DNA of 64,000 nt from NCBI GenBank assembly GCA_964483625.1, contig CAZABB010000001.1:67222-131221 (forward strand). Reading direction: 5' to 3'. Below the pieces are notes generated by a model, which had not been told where the DNA came from, did not search any database, and was given only the letters and a program-made list of their open reading frames with translations. Positions 9,501 through 19,468 of this stretch are shown in pieces (position 1 is the first letter of the stretch; each line of letters begins with the position of its first letter). The translations under genes and the position numbers were made by a program. The DNA comes from an uncultured Planctomycetia bacterium (lineage in GTDB: Bacteria; Omnitrophota; Gorgyraeia; Duberdicusellales; 4484-171).

Positions 9501-10483
9501 TCAAAATTCGTTCCTTCCCCGGAACCAGCAATTGATAATATTATTACAGTTACGCGAACACCGGTGCATCCGTTCGCGTACGGCCTGAGCCTGAGGCGAA
9601 TTCCAGATCTGTCCGATACTTTCCCGGTGGATATTTCCGACCGGCTCCATTCCCACACACAAAAATACCTCGCCCAGCGGGGTAACATTCATGATATATT
9701 CCCCGAAATTACAATATGACTGCCGGATGAGCGAATGAGGATCCCGGTAATATTGTTTAAATAACTCCAATTGGGCAATAGAATTGCCGATCTTATATTT
9801 TTCTTTTTTGAATCCGATCAACGTATCGAAAACGGCCCGGACTTTTCCTTCATCCTGAGGCCAGAGATCGCGGTATTCTTCGTTACGATACCAGTGTTCC
9901 TCGTAAGGAGTAAAAAAAGGCTGGGCGATCGCCTGGTATCCGATCCCGCCCAAAAGGCTATCCTGTTGTACCCATTCGGCCAGAGGGATAATACTGTCGA
10001 GATTCTTCCCCTTGATAATCGTATTCACATAGACCTCGCCCGGAAATTGATTTTCTTTACGGTATTCTATGGCGCGCATGAGGCGGCGATACGACCCAGA
10101 CATCCCCCGAAAATAGTCATGTAGCTGTTCATCCAAACTTGCGACCGAAAAGACCAGCTTACTCACCCCTGCTTCGGTAAGTCGCGCGATCGTTTCCTCA
10201 TCGAACAGCACCCATTGGTCGCAATAGATACCAAAAAACCTCTCATCCGGCACATACGGATAATATCAAAAATATCTTCTCGTAAAAGAAGTTCGCCGCC
10301 GCTTAAGTTTATTTCAAAATGACGTTGGCCCGTCAATTTTCTTAGTTGATCGAGAAATCGTTCGCAGGCATCCGGAGGAAATCGATTCTGGCTTCCGTCA
10401 CGCCACATGTAGCACATTTTACATCTGACATTACAACGTTCCAGGAGAACCAAATCGCAGGCGATAGCGCCTTTTTCTTCCAT
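9501..10483 (-). pseudogene. Family-A radical SAM paralog disrupted by a frameshift (two ORFs 10163..10483 and 9501..10253 in different frames)
   Basis: The N-terminal piece has CNVRCKMCYMW, SGGELL, IATNG. The C-terminal piece, in another frame, has the conserved downstream motifs (SLDEQLHDYFRG, WPQDEGKV, QLELFKQYY, CVGMEPVGN, CSRNCNNIINCWF). The frame change falls around 10225..10255. It could also be a sequencing or assembly indel. Confidence 0.55.
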
Positions 10484-10486
10484 ATC

Positions 10487-11527
10487 TTACGTCCCGCCTT
10501 CCTTTTCCGGCAGAAAAAAACAATTGACCATATTATGGCAGTTCCGTTCACATTGATACATCCGGGCTCTCTCTCTGTCGGCTTCCGAGGAGAACCATAA
10601 TTCCTGAATATTATCCCGGCGTACGTTTCCCAACCCCGGCTGGGCGCAACACAGCAAGACTTCCCCCGCGGGATTTATGTTCATCGTATAATCTCCCAGA
10701 TAACAACTCGCTTTCGTCACATAATGAAGCGGATTCTCAAAATAACGCTGGAATTTTTTCAGATGCCCGGCGGGATTGACAATAGGGAATCCCGCTCGCT
10801 TCAAGGAAATAAGCCGTTCGATAGCTTCAACGACTCTCTCTGGATCCTCAGGCCAGAGATGAGCGTATTCTTCGCTTTGGTACCAAGCTATGCCGGCAGC
10901 GGCGTAAAAAGGACTTACAATCGCCTGCAAATGCACTCCATCAATCAACCCTTCGTGTATCAACGTTTTAATCAATTCCTCAATTCCGGTGTAGGTAGGC
11001 CGGGAGATGACCGAAATAATGTTAATCTTGAAATCACGCCGGTACCGGTTCAGAAAGCGGATCGCCGCCATGGTTTTTTCGTAACTGCCCGGCATTCCCC
11101 GTAAAAGATCATGTGTGTGCGCCTGGAGACTGTCCAGAGAAAGATAAATCTCCTTAAGACCGGCATCGACGATCTGCCGGGCCATTGTTTCATCGATAAA
11201 AAAGCCGTTCGAACAGAGAACGGTGGTAAATCCTTTTTTACTCCCGTGACCGATAAGATCCAATATCCCCTTCTGAAGCAACGGCTCTCCTCCGGAGAAC
11301 GTAAGCTCCTTTCTGCCCTCCAGAAGCCCCGCCAGAGAATCGATAAATGATACCCACTCCTGAGGCGTAAGACGGTCTTTCTCCTGGCCGCTCTTCCAGA
11401 GATGGCACATTGTACAACGAAAATTGCAGTTGAGCGACGGGACGACACAACAGGAAACCGGACGCCGGATGTCTCCCGGACGATTTTCTTCGGCAGTATG
11501 GATTTTAAGGTTCTGTTTATCTTCCAC
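10487..11527 (-). CDS. Radical SAM/SPASM-like protein, short tandem paralog (family A)
   Basis: CNFRCTMCHLW, SGGEPL, LCSNGFFID, SLDSLQAHTHDLLRG, C-terminal CYLGDY...LLCCAQPGLGN...CERNCHNMVNCFF. Confidence 0.8.
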   Translation of the reverse strand: MEDKQNLKIHTAEENRPGDIRRPVSCCVVPSLNCNFRCTMCHLWKSGQEKDRLTPQEWVSFIDSLAGLLEGRKELTFSGGEPLLQKGILDLIGHGSKKGFTTVLCSNGFFIDETMARQIVDAGLKEIYLSLDSLQAHTHDLLRGMPGSYEKTMAAIRFLNRYRRDFKINIISVISRPTYTGIEELIKTLIHEGLIDGVHLQAIVSPFYAAAGIAWYQSEEYAHLWPEDPERVVEAIERLISLKRAGFPIVNPAGHLKKFQRYFENPLHYVTKASCYLGDYTMNINPAGEVLLCCAQPGLGNVRRDNIQELWFSSEADRERARMYQCERNCHNMVNCFFLPEKEGGT

Positions 11528-11544
11528 CGGCTATTTTTGTTCGT

Positions 11545-12564
11545 TCAATCTTCGTAATAACAATTTACGACCAGTTCGCAATTCTGACGGCATTGCCGCA
11601 TCTTGTGCCGAATCTGCCGGGCTTTCTGCGAATACCAGAGATCGACAATATTATCGGTACGGATATTCCCCAGTTTCTCCATGAAGAAACACAGATAAAT
11701 ATCTCCCAGGGCATTCACGTTAACCGCCTCATCGGAAAGATTACACCGGTGCATTTTCACAAACCGGTCTGGATCACGAAAATAGCTCTTAAACATATTC
11801 AACTGCCCCAGAGAGTTCTCGATCCTGCATCCGTCCTTCTTCAAATCGATCAGTTCATCTAATACCCCGCACACTTCAGAGGTATCCTGCGGCCAGAGTT
11901 CCCGGGCCGGTGAATTCTTATACCATTGCCAATCATAGGAAGAACCAAAAGGCCGCATCAAGGCCATAAAATATATTGATTCAAGCATGGGATGTTCTCG
12001 GACCCATCGGGCAAGCCGAGGTAGATCTTTCATATTGAGTGCGGTAATAATCGTGTTGATTGCCAGGCGCGGACTTTGAGATCTCATGGGTTCAAAATAA
12101 GAAATCGCCTTACATACGCGGCCGAAACAATCTTTCTGTCCCCGCAAGTAATCGTGGACTTCGGGATCAAGACTTTCCAGAGAAAAATTCAGCATACTGA
12201 GGCCGGAATCCACGATATCCCGTGCCGCACCGGGAGTAATCGGATAGCCACAGGAAGTCATCACCGTACGTCCCCGCCCCTGCCGGATACAACGGATGAG
12301 ATCGAAAATGCCTTCTTTGATCAGAGGTTCGCCGCCGATAAGGTGTACCTCAACAGGATCTCCCGCGAATCCGCCCAGCGAACGCACGAACTGTTTACCG
12401 TCATCGATAGATATTTCCTGCCCGGCAGTATCCAGACGCCAGAGATGACACATTCTGCAGTGCAGGACGCACTGGTTGGTCACGGTTAACAGGCACGTCC
12501 GCGGCGGCCGGACCGGATCGTTTTTCTTTTGGGCTTCGTACGTTTTCTTTTTCGAGAAAAACAT
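11545..12564 (-). CDS. Radical SAM/SPASM-like protein, short tandem paralog (family A)
   Basis: CVLHCRMCHLW, IGGEPL, SLESLDPEVHDYLRG, C-terminal CNLSDE...YLCFFMEKLGN...CRQNCELVVNCYY. Confidence 0.8.
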   Translation of the reverse strand: MFFSKKKTYEAQKKNDPVRPPRTCLLTVTNQCVLHCRMCHLWRLDTAGQEISIDDGKQFVRSLGGFAGDPVEVHLIGGEPLIKEGIFDLIRCIRQGRGRTVMTSCGYPITPGAARDIVDSGLSMLNFSLESLDPEVHDYLRGQKDCFGRVCKAISYFEPMRSQSPRLAINTIITALNMKDLPRLARWVREHPMLESIYFMALMRPFGSSYDWQWYKNSPARELWPQDTSEVCGVLDELIDLKKDGCRIENSLGQLNMFKSYFRDPDRFVKMHRCNLSDEAVNVNALGDIYLCFFMEKLGNIRTDNIVDLWYSQKARQIRHKMRQCRQNCELVVNCYYED

Positions 12565-12579
12565 TGCATTCTCTTTCGG

Positions 12580-13755
12580 TTATGTCGCGATATAATCGGT
12601 AATATTTTCTATCTTATAGAAACAGTTGACGACCACATCGCAATCTGTCCGACACGACTGTATCCGGGCTCTTACCGTCTGCATCTGCGGCGAAAACCAG
12701 ACTTCTGAAAACTTCCTATCGCGTATGTTCGCCACCGGCGGCATGGCAAAACACATGTTAATATCTCCGTAGGCGTTTATCTCCGGCGCCAGATCGCCCC
12801 GGGGACAACGGATCTTACTGTCATGGACGAACCGGTAAGGATTACGGAAATATTCTTTTACCAACCGTAATTGTTCGGGAGGATTACATATATTGTACCC
12901 TTTCTCCTTACGCTGAGCGAGTTCCTCGAGAATACCATGTGCTTTTTCTATATCCTGCGGCCAGATCTCGCTATTTCGGGTAAGCTTAAACCACTCTTTC
13001 TCCGGGCTTTCGCAGTCGAACGGCTGCAGGCAGGCGTTCACGAAAAAGTCGTCTATCTTTTCGTTGCGGTTAGCCCATTCGGCAACATCCAGTACTTCAT
13101 CCAGATTCTTCTCCATCAGCGTCATGGTGACCCCGATACTGAGCCGATCTTCTCCTTGAGATCCCCGGCAGGAATCAAGGAGTTCTATGGCCCGCATGAC
13201 CCGTTTATGGCTGCCCTGGATTCCCCGCAGGTAATCATGCGTATGCGGGTTCATCCCGTCAAGAGAAAGAAAGATACCGGTCAATCCGCTGGAGACCAGC
13301 CGCCGAGCCATCCGGCGGTCGATATAAAAACCGTTGGTCGTGATCGAACACCGGTAACCGTTCTTTCTGATATAAGAGAGGATCTCGATCAGGTCCTTTC
13401 TTAACAAAGCTTCCCCGCCGATAAGATGGATAAAAATCGGATCGGTCGTTACCTTTTTTAAGTCGTCGACAAAGCCTTTTATTTCTTCCAACGTCAATTC
13501 CTTGCGATCGATATCCCGTTCTTTATTTTTCCACATATTACACATCTTGCAGCGGAAGGTGCACTCTTTGGAAACAACGAGAAGACAAAAAGCGGGAAAC
13601 GCCTGGTTTGTCCGGTCATATTGCCCTCCCCTTTGTCTCCGTCGCCCTCCGGCTACGTTTGGTTTAATCTTTTTCAGTAAAGCCCTGAGCAGATTCTCCA
13701 TGCGTTGCCTCCTGCTTGTTGGCTCCAATTTCACTGGCCACCGTCTCATCCTCAT
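12580..13755 (-). CDS. Radical SAM/SPASM-like protein, family A paralog with Arg-rich ~60-aa N-terminal leader
   Basis: CTFRCKMCNMW, IGGEAL, ITTNGFYID, SLDGMNPHTHDYLRG, C-terminal CPRGD...NMCFAMPPVAN...CRTDCDVVVNCFY. The N-terminus (RRQRMENLLRALLKKIKPNVAGGRRRQRGG) is longer than in the other paralogs. The start is uncertain because of a 92-nt overlap with the upstream gene. Confidence 0.75.
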   Translation of the reverse strand: MRMRRWPVKLEPTSRRQRMENLLRALLKKIKPNVAGGRRRQRGGQYDRTNQAFPAFCLLVVSKECTFRCKMCNMWKNKERDIDRKELTLEEIKGFVDDLKKVTTDPIFIHLIGGEALLRKDLIEILSYIRKNGYRCSITTNGFYIDRRMARRLVSSGLTGIFLSLDGMNPHTHDYLRGIQGSHKRVMRAIELLDSCRGSQGEDRLSIGVTMTLMEKNLDEVLDVAEWANRNEKIDDFFVNACLQPFDCESPEKEWFKLTRNSEIWPQDIEKAHGILEELAQRKEKGYNICNPPEQLRLVKEYFRNPYRFVHDSKIRCPRGDLAPEINAYGDINMCFAMPPVANIRDRKFSEVWFSPQMQTVRARIQSCRTDCDVVVNCFYKIENITDYIAT

Positions 13756-14725
13756 AAAAACAGTTGATCATGATATGGCAGTTCCGTCGGCAACTGTACA
13801 CATCATTACGTACTTTTTCCGCTTGAGACGAATACCAGGCAGTATGAATATCGTCGGCCTTTATATTTCCGATGGGATGCATAAGGTTACAGAAGAATAT
13901 TTTTCCGTAAGGATCCACGTGAAATTCATAATCACCTAACGTACACTTAATCTTTTTCAAAAACATATTGGGATCCTGGAAATATTCCTTAAAATGCAAA
14001 AAATGATTGGGCTGATTGCCGATTTTATACCCATCGAGCCGCAATTGCCGCAACGTCGTCATAAGACGCGTCACCCCTTCGGTATTCTGTGGCCAGAGAA
14101 AATGATTCTTTTCCTTTTGAAACCAGAAAGGATCGGCCTCCTCGCATAAGGGCTGAGTCACCGCCTGAAAGCTAATCATTTCAATCCGAGCATCATTTTG
14201 CACCCATTCCACCAGAGGAATAATTTCGCCAAAATTGTATCCCATAAGAATCGTAAGGATAGAAATCACCGGTTTTCCGCCGACGCGAAACCCATCGATA
14301 TAATCTATCGCGTTTCTAATGTGCCGGTGACTCCCGGTGATACCGCGCAGGAAGTCGTGAGTTTCCGGCTTAATCCCATCCAGAGAAAAGGTAATGGTAT
14401 CCAATCCGGAATCAACGATCCGTTTTGCCACGGCTTCGTCGATAAAGAAACCGTTGGTAACCATATTGGTACGGTATCCCTGGCGACGAATAAAATCGAT
14501 GAGGTCAAACACCTCCCTGCTTGCCAAAGGTTCGCCGCCGGAAAGATGAAATTCAAATCCCGCGTCAACATTCCCTTTTAACGAACGAATGAATCTCTTT
14601 TTTTCCTCTAACGTCGTCTCCTTTTTGTCCGCCTCATGCACATTCCAGATAAAACACATCTTACAGCGCAACGGACAACGGTAATTGAGCACCCAACAGC
14701 TATAGCGAGGCTTTTCTGCTTTCAT
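13664..14725 (-). CDS. Radical SAM/SPASM-like protein, short tandem paralog (family A)
   Basis: CPLRCKMCFIW, SGGEPL, MVTNGFFID, SLDGIKPETHDFLRG, C-terminal CTLGDY...FFCNLMHPIGN...CRRNCHIMINCFY. Confidence 0.8.
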   Translation of the reverse strand: MKAEKPRYSCWVLNYRCPLRCKMCFIWNVHEADKKETTLEEKKRFIRSLKGNVDAGFEFHLSGGEPLASREVFDLIDFIRRQGYRTNMVTNGFFIDEAVAKRIVDSGLDTITFSLDGIKPETHDFLRGITGSHRHIRNAIDYIDGFRVGGKPVISILTILMGYNFGEIIPLVEWVQNDARIEMISFQAVTQPLCEEADPFWFQKEKNHFLWPQNTEGVTRLMTTLRQLRLDGYKIGNQPNHFLHFKEYFQDPNMFLKKIKCTLGDYEFHVDPYGKIFFCNLMHPIGNIKADDIHTAWYSSQAEKVRNDVYSCRRNCHIMINCFYEDETVASEIGANKQEATHGESAQGFTEKD

Positions 14726-14737
14726 TTGTAGACATTT

Positions 14738-15784
14738 TTATTTGGCAACCGAATAAAGCGACGGGTCATCTTCTATATAACAACAATTCAAGAGAAGATG
14801 ACAATTAGTTTTACACTCACTCACTCTTTTTCTTATCTCTTGAGCATCTTGAGAATACCACAGCTCTCTGATATCATCTTTGCGGATATTGCCGATAAAA
14901 TCCATGAAAAAACAAAGCTGAATAAATCCGTAGGTATTGATACTCAATGCCGCTCCGCCCACCATGCATTTAGCCCGGTTGACAAACTTTTTGGGATCGG
15001 CAAAGTAGGCTTTATACGCTCTTAAGTGTTCAAGACGATTACTGATCTTGGATCCTTTCTGCCGCATCTCGATCAAAGAATCAATAATACCTATAAGCTT
15101 GGGAATATCTTTCGGCCAGAGATAGTTATATTCTTGGTGCCACTGGCTGTCAAGCGCCCCGCTGTAATTAGGCTGGACCACAGCCATAAAATAAAGCCAA
15201 TCGACTCTTCGGTCCCGATCGGCTGTGTGAGCAAGTTTGATGAGATCATTCATGTTCTCATTCATAATAATACAGCACAATCCTTTTTTGGTATGCGGTG
15301 AATACTTCGTGAGATAGGAAAGCGCGTTCATCACCCGTTTATATACTCCTTTTACTCCCCGCATCCGGTCATGCACTCGCGCGTAGGGACTATCTAAAGA
15401 AAGACTTATGGCGTCGACTCCGGCAGCGGCGATTCTCTTTGCCATATCCTTGTTGATCAGATAACCGTTTGATGCCATCGTCGTACGGAATCCCTGTTCC
15501 TTGGCAAATTTCACCATCTCCAGTATCCCCGGCAGAGACAGCGCTTCCCCTCCCCCGAAATCCAATTCAAATCCTTCATCGACCAGCGCGCGGAATTGAG
15601 CAATAAACCGTTTCCACTCCTCAATCGTAGGGATCTCATCGGGATTCGGTATCCGTTCCCGCCATTTGTTGCACATTTTACAACGTAACATACAGTAATC
15701 GGTAGCGGCAATGCAACAAAATTTAGGCTTCATATTGAGAATCTGCATCCGGGACGGATTTTTCCTTTCACAAAAATTATCCAT
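14738..15784 (-). CDS. Radical SAM/SPASM-like protein, short tandem paralog (family A, subgroup with DFGGGEAL)
   Basis: CMLRCKMCNKW, GGGEAL, MASNGYLIN, SLDSPYARVHDRMRG, C-terminal CMVGGA...QLCFFMDFIGN...CKTNCHLLLNCCY. Confidence 0.8.
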   Translation of the reverse strand: MDNFCERKNPSRMQILNMKPKFCCIAATDYCMLRCKMCNKWRERIPNPDEIPTIEEWKRFIAQFRALVDEGFELDFGGGEALSLPGILEMVKFAKEQGFRTTMASNGYLINKDMAKRIAAAGVDAISLSLDSPYARVHDRMRGVKGVYKRVMNALSYLTKYSPHTKKGLCCIIMNENMNDLIKLAHTADRDRRVDWLYFMAVVQPNYSGALDSQWHQEYNYLWPKDIPKLIGIIDSLIEMRQKGSKISNRLEHLRAYKAYFADPKKFVNRAKCMVGGAALSINTYGFIQLCFFMDFIGNIRKDDIRELWYSQDAQEIRKRVSECKTNCHLLLNCCYIEDDPSLYSVAK

Positions 15785-16865
15785 AAAGCCCCTTTCTATT
15801 TTCTCTTTCGACTACAAACGGATAGTCACCTTCAAAAAAACAATTCAGAAGAAAATGACAATTATCGCCGCATGTCCTAATCTTCTCTCTGGCCCGTTCG
15901 GCTTTCTCCGACACCCAGAGCTTCCGTATGTCGTCCTCGGGATTGCGGATATTGCCCAGCTTCTCCCAACTGTAACACAAAAAGACATCCCCAATGGAAC
16001 TGATGTGCAGCGCCCGGTCAAGATTACACGGCCCTTTTTTGACAAACCGGTCGGGAGCCTCCAGATACTTCTTGTACGCCTCTAACTGCTGGGGAGTATT
16101 GCCGATTAACTGGCCCTCTTTGCGGCGGCGGATGATCTCATCGAGAATTCGATGGACCTTCTCTGTATTTTGGGGCCAGTAAAAACCGAATTCGGGGGTA
16201 CGATACCAATGCCGATCAAATTTTTCTTTTCCCCAATAGGTATTATTCGGCTGCATGGGAACCATATAATAAATGGATTTAAAGCGGGGGTCTTCATTGA
16301 CCCAGGTTCCCAACTCAAGCATGCCATCAACTGTATCGGCCATAATAATGCTGCACATACCGACATGCACGTCCGGCGCATATTTTGCCAGATTGTCTAG
16401 AGCGCGCATCACCCGGGCATGAACCCCTTTGACTCCCCGCCAATGATCATGAACTTTTTCATCCAGACTGTCCAGAGAAAGCACCAGACTGAACAGCCCG
16501 GAATCAGCGATCCGTTGTGCCATCTCTTTATCGATTAAATACCCGTTACTGGCAATGGTCATCTTGAACCCGATATCGGTACAGTAACGGATAAAATCCC
16601 AGAGCCAGTCGACAAGAAGAGCTTCTCCGCCGCCCACATCGATCTCAAACTTCTCATCGACAAGATCGCGTAGCTGCCGCGCCGCCCGCATCCATTCCTG
16701 AAGAGTTGGTTTGGTTTTACCGTAGGTACCTTTATCTTTATGCCATTTATCGCACATCTGACAGCGTAGCATGCAATCATCGGTAATCCCGGGACAGCAG
16801 AATCCCGGTTTCAATATGTTCTTCTCGGCCTGATTGAGCTGACTCTGCATCATATGTTTCTCCAT
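15777..16865 (-). CDS. Radical SAM/SPASM-like protein, short tandem paralog (family A, subgroup)
   Basis: CMLRCQMCDKW, GGGEAL, IASNGYLID, SLDSLDEKVHDHWRG, C-terminal CNLDRA...FLCYSWEKLGN...CGDNCHFLLNCFF. Confidence 0.8.
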   Translation of the reverse strand: MEKHMMQSQLNQAEKNILKPGFCCPGITDDCMLRCQMCDKWHKDKGTYGKTKPTLQEWMRAARQLRDLVDEKFEIDVGGGEALLVDWLWDFIRYCTDIGFKMTIASNGYLIDKEMAQRIADSGLFSLVLSLDSLDEKVHDHWRGVKGVHARVMRALDNLAKYAPDVHVGMCSIIMADTVDGMLELGTWVNEDPRFKSIYYMVPMQPNNTYWGKEKFDRHWYRTPEFGFYWPQNTEKVHRILDEIIRRRKEGQLIGNTPQQLEAYKKYLEAPDRFVKKGPCNLDRALHISSIGDVFLCYSWEKLGNIRNPEDDIRKLWVSEKAERAREKIRTCGDNCHFLLNCFFEGDYPFVVERENRKGLYG

Positions 16866-16867
16866 CG

Positions 16868-17938
16868 TTAAGGTTTAACCGTACTTAATTGAGAATCTAC
16901 CCGAAACGGATAGTCGCCTTCGAAATAGCAATTCAAAAGAAAATGACAGTTTTCCCGACAGTCCCGTATTGCGGCCCTTACGCGGTCGGCTTCGGAAGAA
17001 TACCAGAGCCAGGCCAGATCATCATGTTCGATATTCCCAAGCCGGTCATGCTGGTAACAGATAAAAATATCTCCCACGGCACTCACATGAACAGCCTGAT
17101 CCATATTGCAGGGATTCTTTTTCACGAAGCAGTCGGGATGACGGAAATACGATTTGAATGCTTCCAGTTGACACACCTGGTTCGAGATCTTCAACGGATT
17201 CTGTCTTTTCAGACGTATGATCTCCTCCAGAACCGATGCCGCTTTTTGAGCATCCTTGGGCCAGAGGAATCCGAATTCCTCGGAGCGATACCATGCCTGG
17301 GTAAAAGACGTATTGTTGGGTTGAACAATCACCATGAAATCGATCCAGTCCAACGACTTATTTTTCAATGCCCATGATGTCAGCGGAATAATATCTTCCA
17401 GGTTATACTCGGAAATAACCGTACAAATGCCTTTTTTGGTACGAGGGGCATACCGATCAAGATACTCGATAGCGTCCATCACCCGTTGATAGACCCCTTC
17501 GACGCCGCGTAAGAAATCATGTTTTTTTTCATCCAGTGTATCCAGGGAAAGATTGATAAGATGCAGGCCCGATCTTCCGATACGCCGGGCCAGCTCCTGA
17601 TCGATCAGGTACCCGTTTGAGGGGATATTGACGGTAAATCCCCGGCGGATCGCATAACGGGCAAGTTCCAAGATATCCGGTAAAAGGAATGCCTCACCGC
17701 CGCCGAGATGGAGATACAAGTCCTTCTCGGCAATCGACTCAAGCGATTTCACCGCCCGCTTCCATGCGGCCAAAGAAGCCGGTATGCCGTTTGCCGCAGC
17801 CATATCCGGTTTCCACTTATGGCACATCTTACAGCGCAGCATACATTGATCGGTAACTCCGAAACAACAAAACCGCACGCGGGGGGGAAATTCCCCCGGC
17901 GACCTTTCTTTCTTTTTCCCAAACAGACGTTTTATCAT
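16868..17938 (-). CDS. Radical SAM/SPASM-like protein, short tandem paralog (family A, subgroup)
   Basis: CMLRCKMCHKW, GGGEAF, IPSNGYLID, SLDTLDEKKHDFLRG, C-terminal CNMDQA...FICYQHDRLGN...CRENCHFLLNCYF. Confidence 0.8.
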   Translation of the reverse strand: MIKRLFGKKKERSPGEFPPRVRFCCFGVTDQCMLRCKMCHKWKPDMAAANGIPASLAAWKRAVKSLESIAEKDLYLHLGGGEAFLLPDILELARYAIRRGFTVNIPSNGYLIDQELARRIGRSGLHLINLSLDTLDEKKHDFLRGVEGVYQRVMDAIEYLDRYAPRTKKGICTVISEYNLEDIIPLTSWALKNKSLDWIDFMVIVQPNNTSFTQAWYRSEEFGFLWPKDAQKAASVLEEIIRLKRQNPLKISNQVCQLEAFKSYFRHPDCFVKKNPCNMDQAVHVSAVGDIFICYQHDRLGNIEHDDLAWLWYSSEADRVRAAIRDCRENCHFLLNCYFEGDYPFRVDSQLSTVKP

Positions 17939-17959
17939 CCTCTGACTACAATGGTTTCC

Positions 17960-18106
17960 TTACGAACGGCCGAATTGCTTCCAGTCGATCCCTCGCCGTT
18001 TACATTCCCGCCGCCACTGTATATATTTTACTCCGCGGTAAAAGGCATAAAAAAGCCCGTGCGCCCGACAGTGTTTACGGAATTTCCGCAAATATGTTTC
18101 CACCAT
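17960..18106 (-). CDS. Small basic hypothetical protein (48 aa) in the only sizeable gap inside the rSAM array; candidate precursor peptide or small regulator
   Basis: Minus-strand ATG at 18106 is preceded by a strong SD (AAGGAGGgggaaagATG). Translation: MVETYLRKFRKHCRAHGLFYAFYRGVKYIQWRRECKRRGIDWKQFGRS, stop at 17960-17962. It is below the track's 60-aa cut-off. No homology could be assessed. Confidence 0.35.
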   Translation of the reverse strand: MVETYLRKFRKHCRAHGLFYAFYRGVKYIQWRRECKRRGIDWKQFGRS

Positions 18107-18121
18107 CTTTCCCCCTCCTTC

Positions 18122-19468
18122 TTAGCGTATGCCGGCGTACCCAGCCGGCTGTCTCTCGCATGTATTTTTGATTTCCTTCTCTCCCAGCGGTTTTTCCCGA
18201 TCCCTTTTCCCACGCAGAAATTTCATCGTTTTTGCCAGAGAAACCAGTATTTTCTTCTGCCGGGGAGAAAGCGAAGCAATGCGGCCGTGCATATACCGGT
18301 TATGACCGAGATTATCGCAGCTTTTATAACATCCCATCCTGGCATCCCGATCGTTTCCGATCAGCGAAAAGAATTCATCCGCGGGATTCATATGAAGCGT
18401 TTTTTCCCGAAACTGCCTCTGCCGGGGGCCGTTCCATATCCGGGAGAACTTATCTTGGTGGATATTTCCCACGGGAAAACGGTGGGACTTCAGGCACGAA
18501 TTCACATTGCCGTCGGCCAGGATACGGACAAACACCCATCCGGCATAACAGGGAATTTCGTTAATCACATTGGAATCGTATTGGGCGCATTGAGAATCAC
18601 AGTTGGCAATCCGGCGCACAAAATCTTCAAATCCGAACAGAAAAGATATTTGGTTATTCTTCTCTCCCCAGCGGCGCCGGATCGATTCGCAACGATTCAA
18701 CAAATCTCCGCATTGCCTTTCATCGAGAAGCAACCGGTCGGTTTTGCCGGGAATCGTATCGATAACCGTGAATTCGACCATTTCCGAACCCGTTTGGCAG
18801 GCCAATTCAGCCATGCGTTCAATATCATGGTAATTCTCGGAAAAGATGACATGATATATTTTTACCCGGGGTAATTCGCGTTTGGTCCGATTCAAAAGAT
18901 CCAGCATGTCTTTGATACGATAAAACGTGCTCTTATCTTTATTGGGATGCGTAGCGGAATAAATCTCCGGCGTCCCCGCCCAGATACTCACCGTGAGCGA
19001 ATCAACGCCCAAGCGCACCAGCTCCTTTACTCTGAATTCATCAACGAGAGTAAAGTTCGTATTCACATAGCATTCAAATCCCCGTTTTTTAGTATATGCC
19101 AGGATATCCATAATGTCCGGGTGCATAAACGGTTCTCCGCCGCCGGCATAATATATCTGCCGGGTACCCATACGCGCCAGTTCATCAAGGAGTTTTATCA
19201 CCCGCCGGCGGGGAAGCATCTGCTTTTTTACCGATGGGGAGATCTTCTTTTCTCCCAGAAGCGGCGAGTTACACCAACAGCCGATGCAGTCGTTATTACA
19301 GTCGTTAGTTAAATCGATCTGCACAAAGTCGGGCCCTTTATAGGCATACGTCCCATCAATCACACCCAGAGCGTCAAGATAACAACCGCGCATCTTCCTC
19401 GCTACCGACCGTCCCCCTTCTTTTTTCCAGTGCGATAATACCTTGCTTACTGTCCTTTGATCGATCAT
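18122..19468 (-). CDS. Radical SAM protein (distinct family, 448 aa) with Cys-rich C-terminal region
   Basis: DLTNDCNNDCIGCWCN (C-x3-C-x2-C), YYAGGGEPFMHPD, NTNFTLVD. Further Cys motifs (CDSQCAQY, CYAGW, CLKSH, CYKSCDNLGHN) suggest auxiliary cluster(s). Confidence 0.75.
   Translation of the reverse strand: MIDQRTVSKVLSHWKKEGGRSVARKMRGCYLDALGVIDGTYAYKGPDFVQIDLTNDCNNDCIGCWCNSPLLGEKKISPSVKKQMLPRRRVIKLLDELARMGTRQIYYAGGGEPFMHPDIMDILAYTKKRGFECYVNTNFTLVDEFRVKELVRLGVDSLTVSIWAGTPEIYSATHPNKDKSTFYRIKDMLDLLNRTKRELPRVKIYHVIFSENYHDIERMAELACQTGSEMVEFTVIDTIPGKTDRLLLDERQCGDLLNRCESIRRRWGEKNNQISFLFGFEDFVRRIANCDSQCAQYDSNVINEIPCYAGWVFVRILADGNVNSCLKSHRFPVGNIHQDKFSRIWNGPRQRQFREKTLHMNPADEFFSLIGNDRDARMGCYKSCDNLGHNRYMHGRIASLSPRQKKILVSLAKTMKFLRGKRDREKPLGEKEIKNTCERQPAGYAGIR

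Noticed and set aside
12871-13404. 177-aa plus-strand ORF
   Set aside because: It is antisense to rSAM gene 12580..13755. It is a shadow ORF.
17708-18874. 388-aa plus-strand ORF spanning the end of one rSAM gene and the start of another
   Set aside because: It is antisense to two minus-strand genes with clear radical SAM motifs (CMLRCKMCHKW; CNNDCIGCW, YYAGGGEPF). Its low-complexity Pro/Ser/Arg-rich translation has no recognisable domain. It is a shadow ORF.
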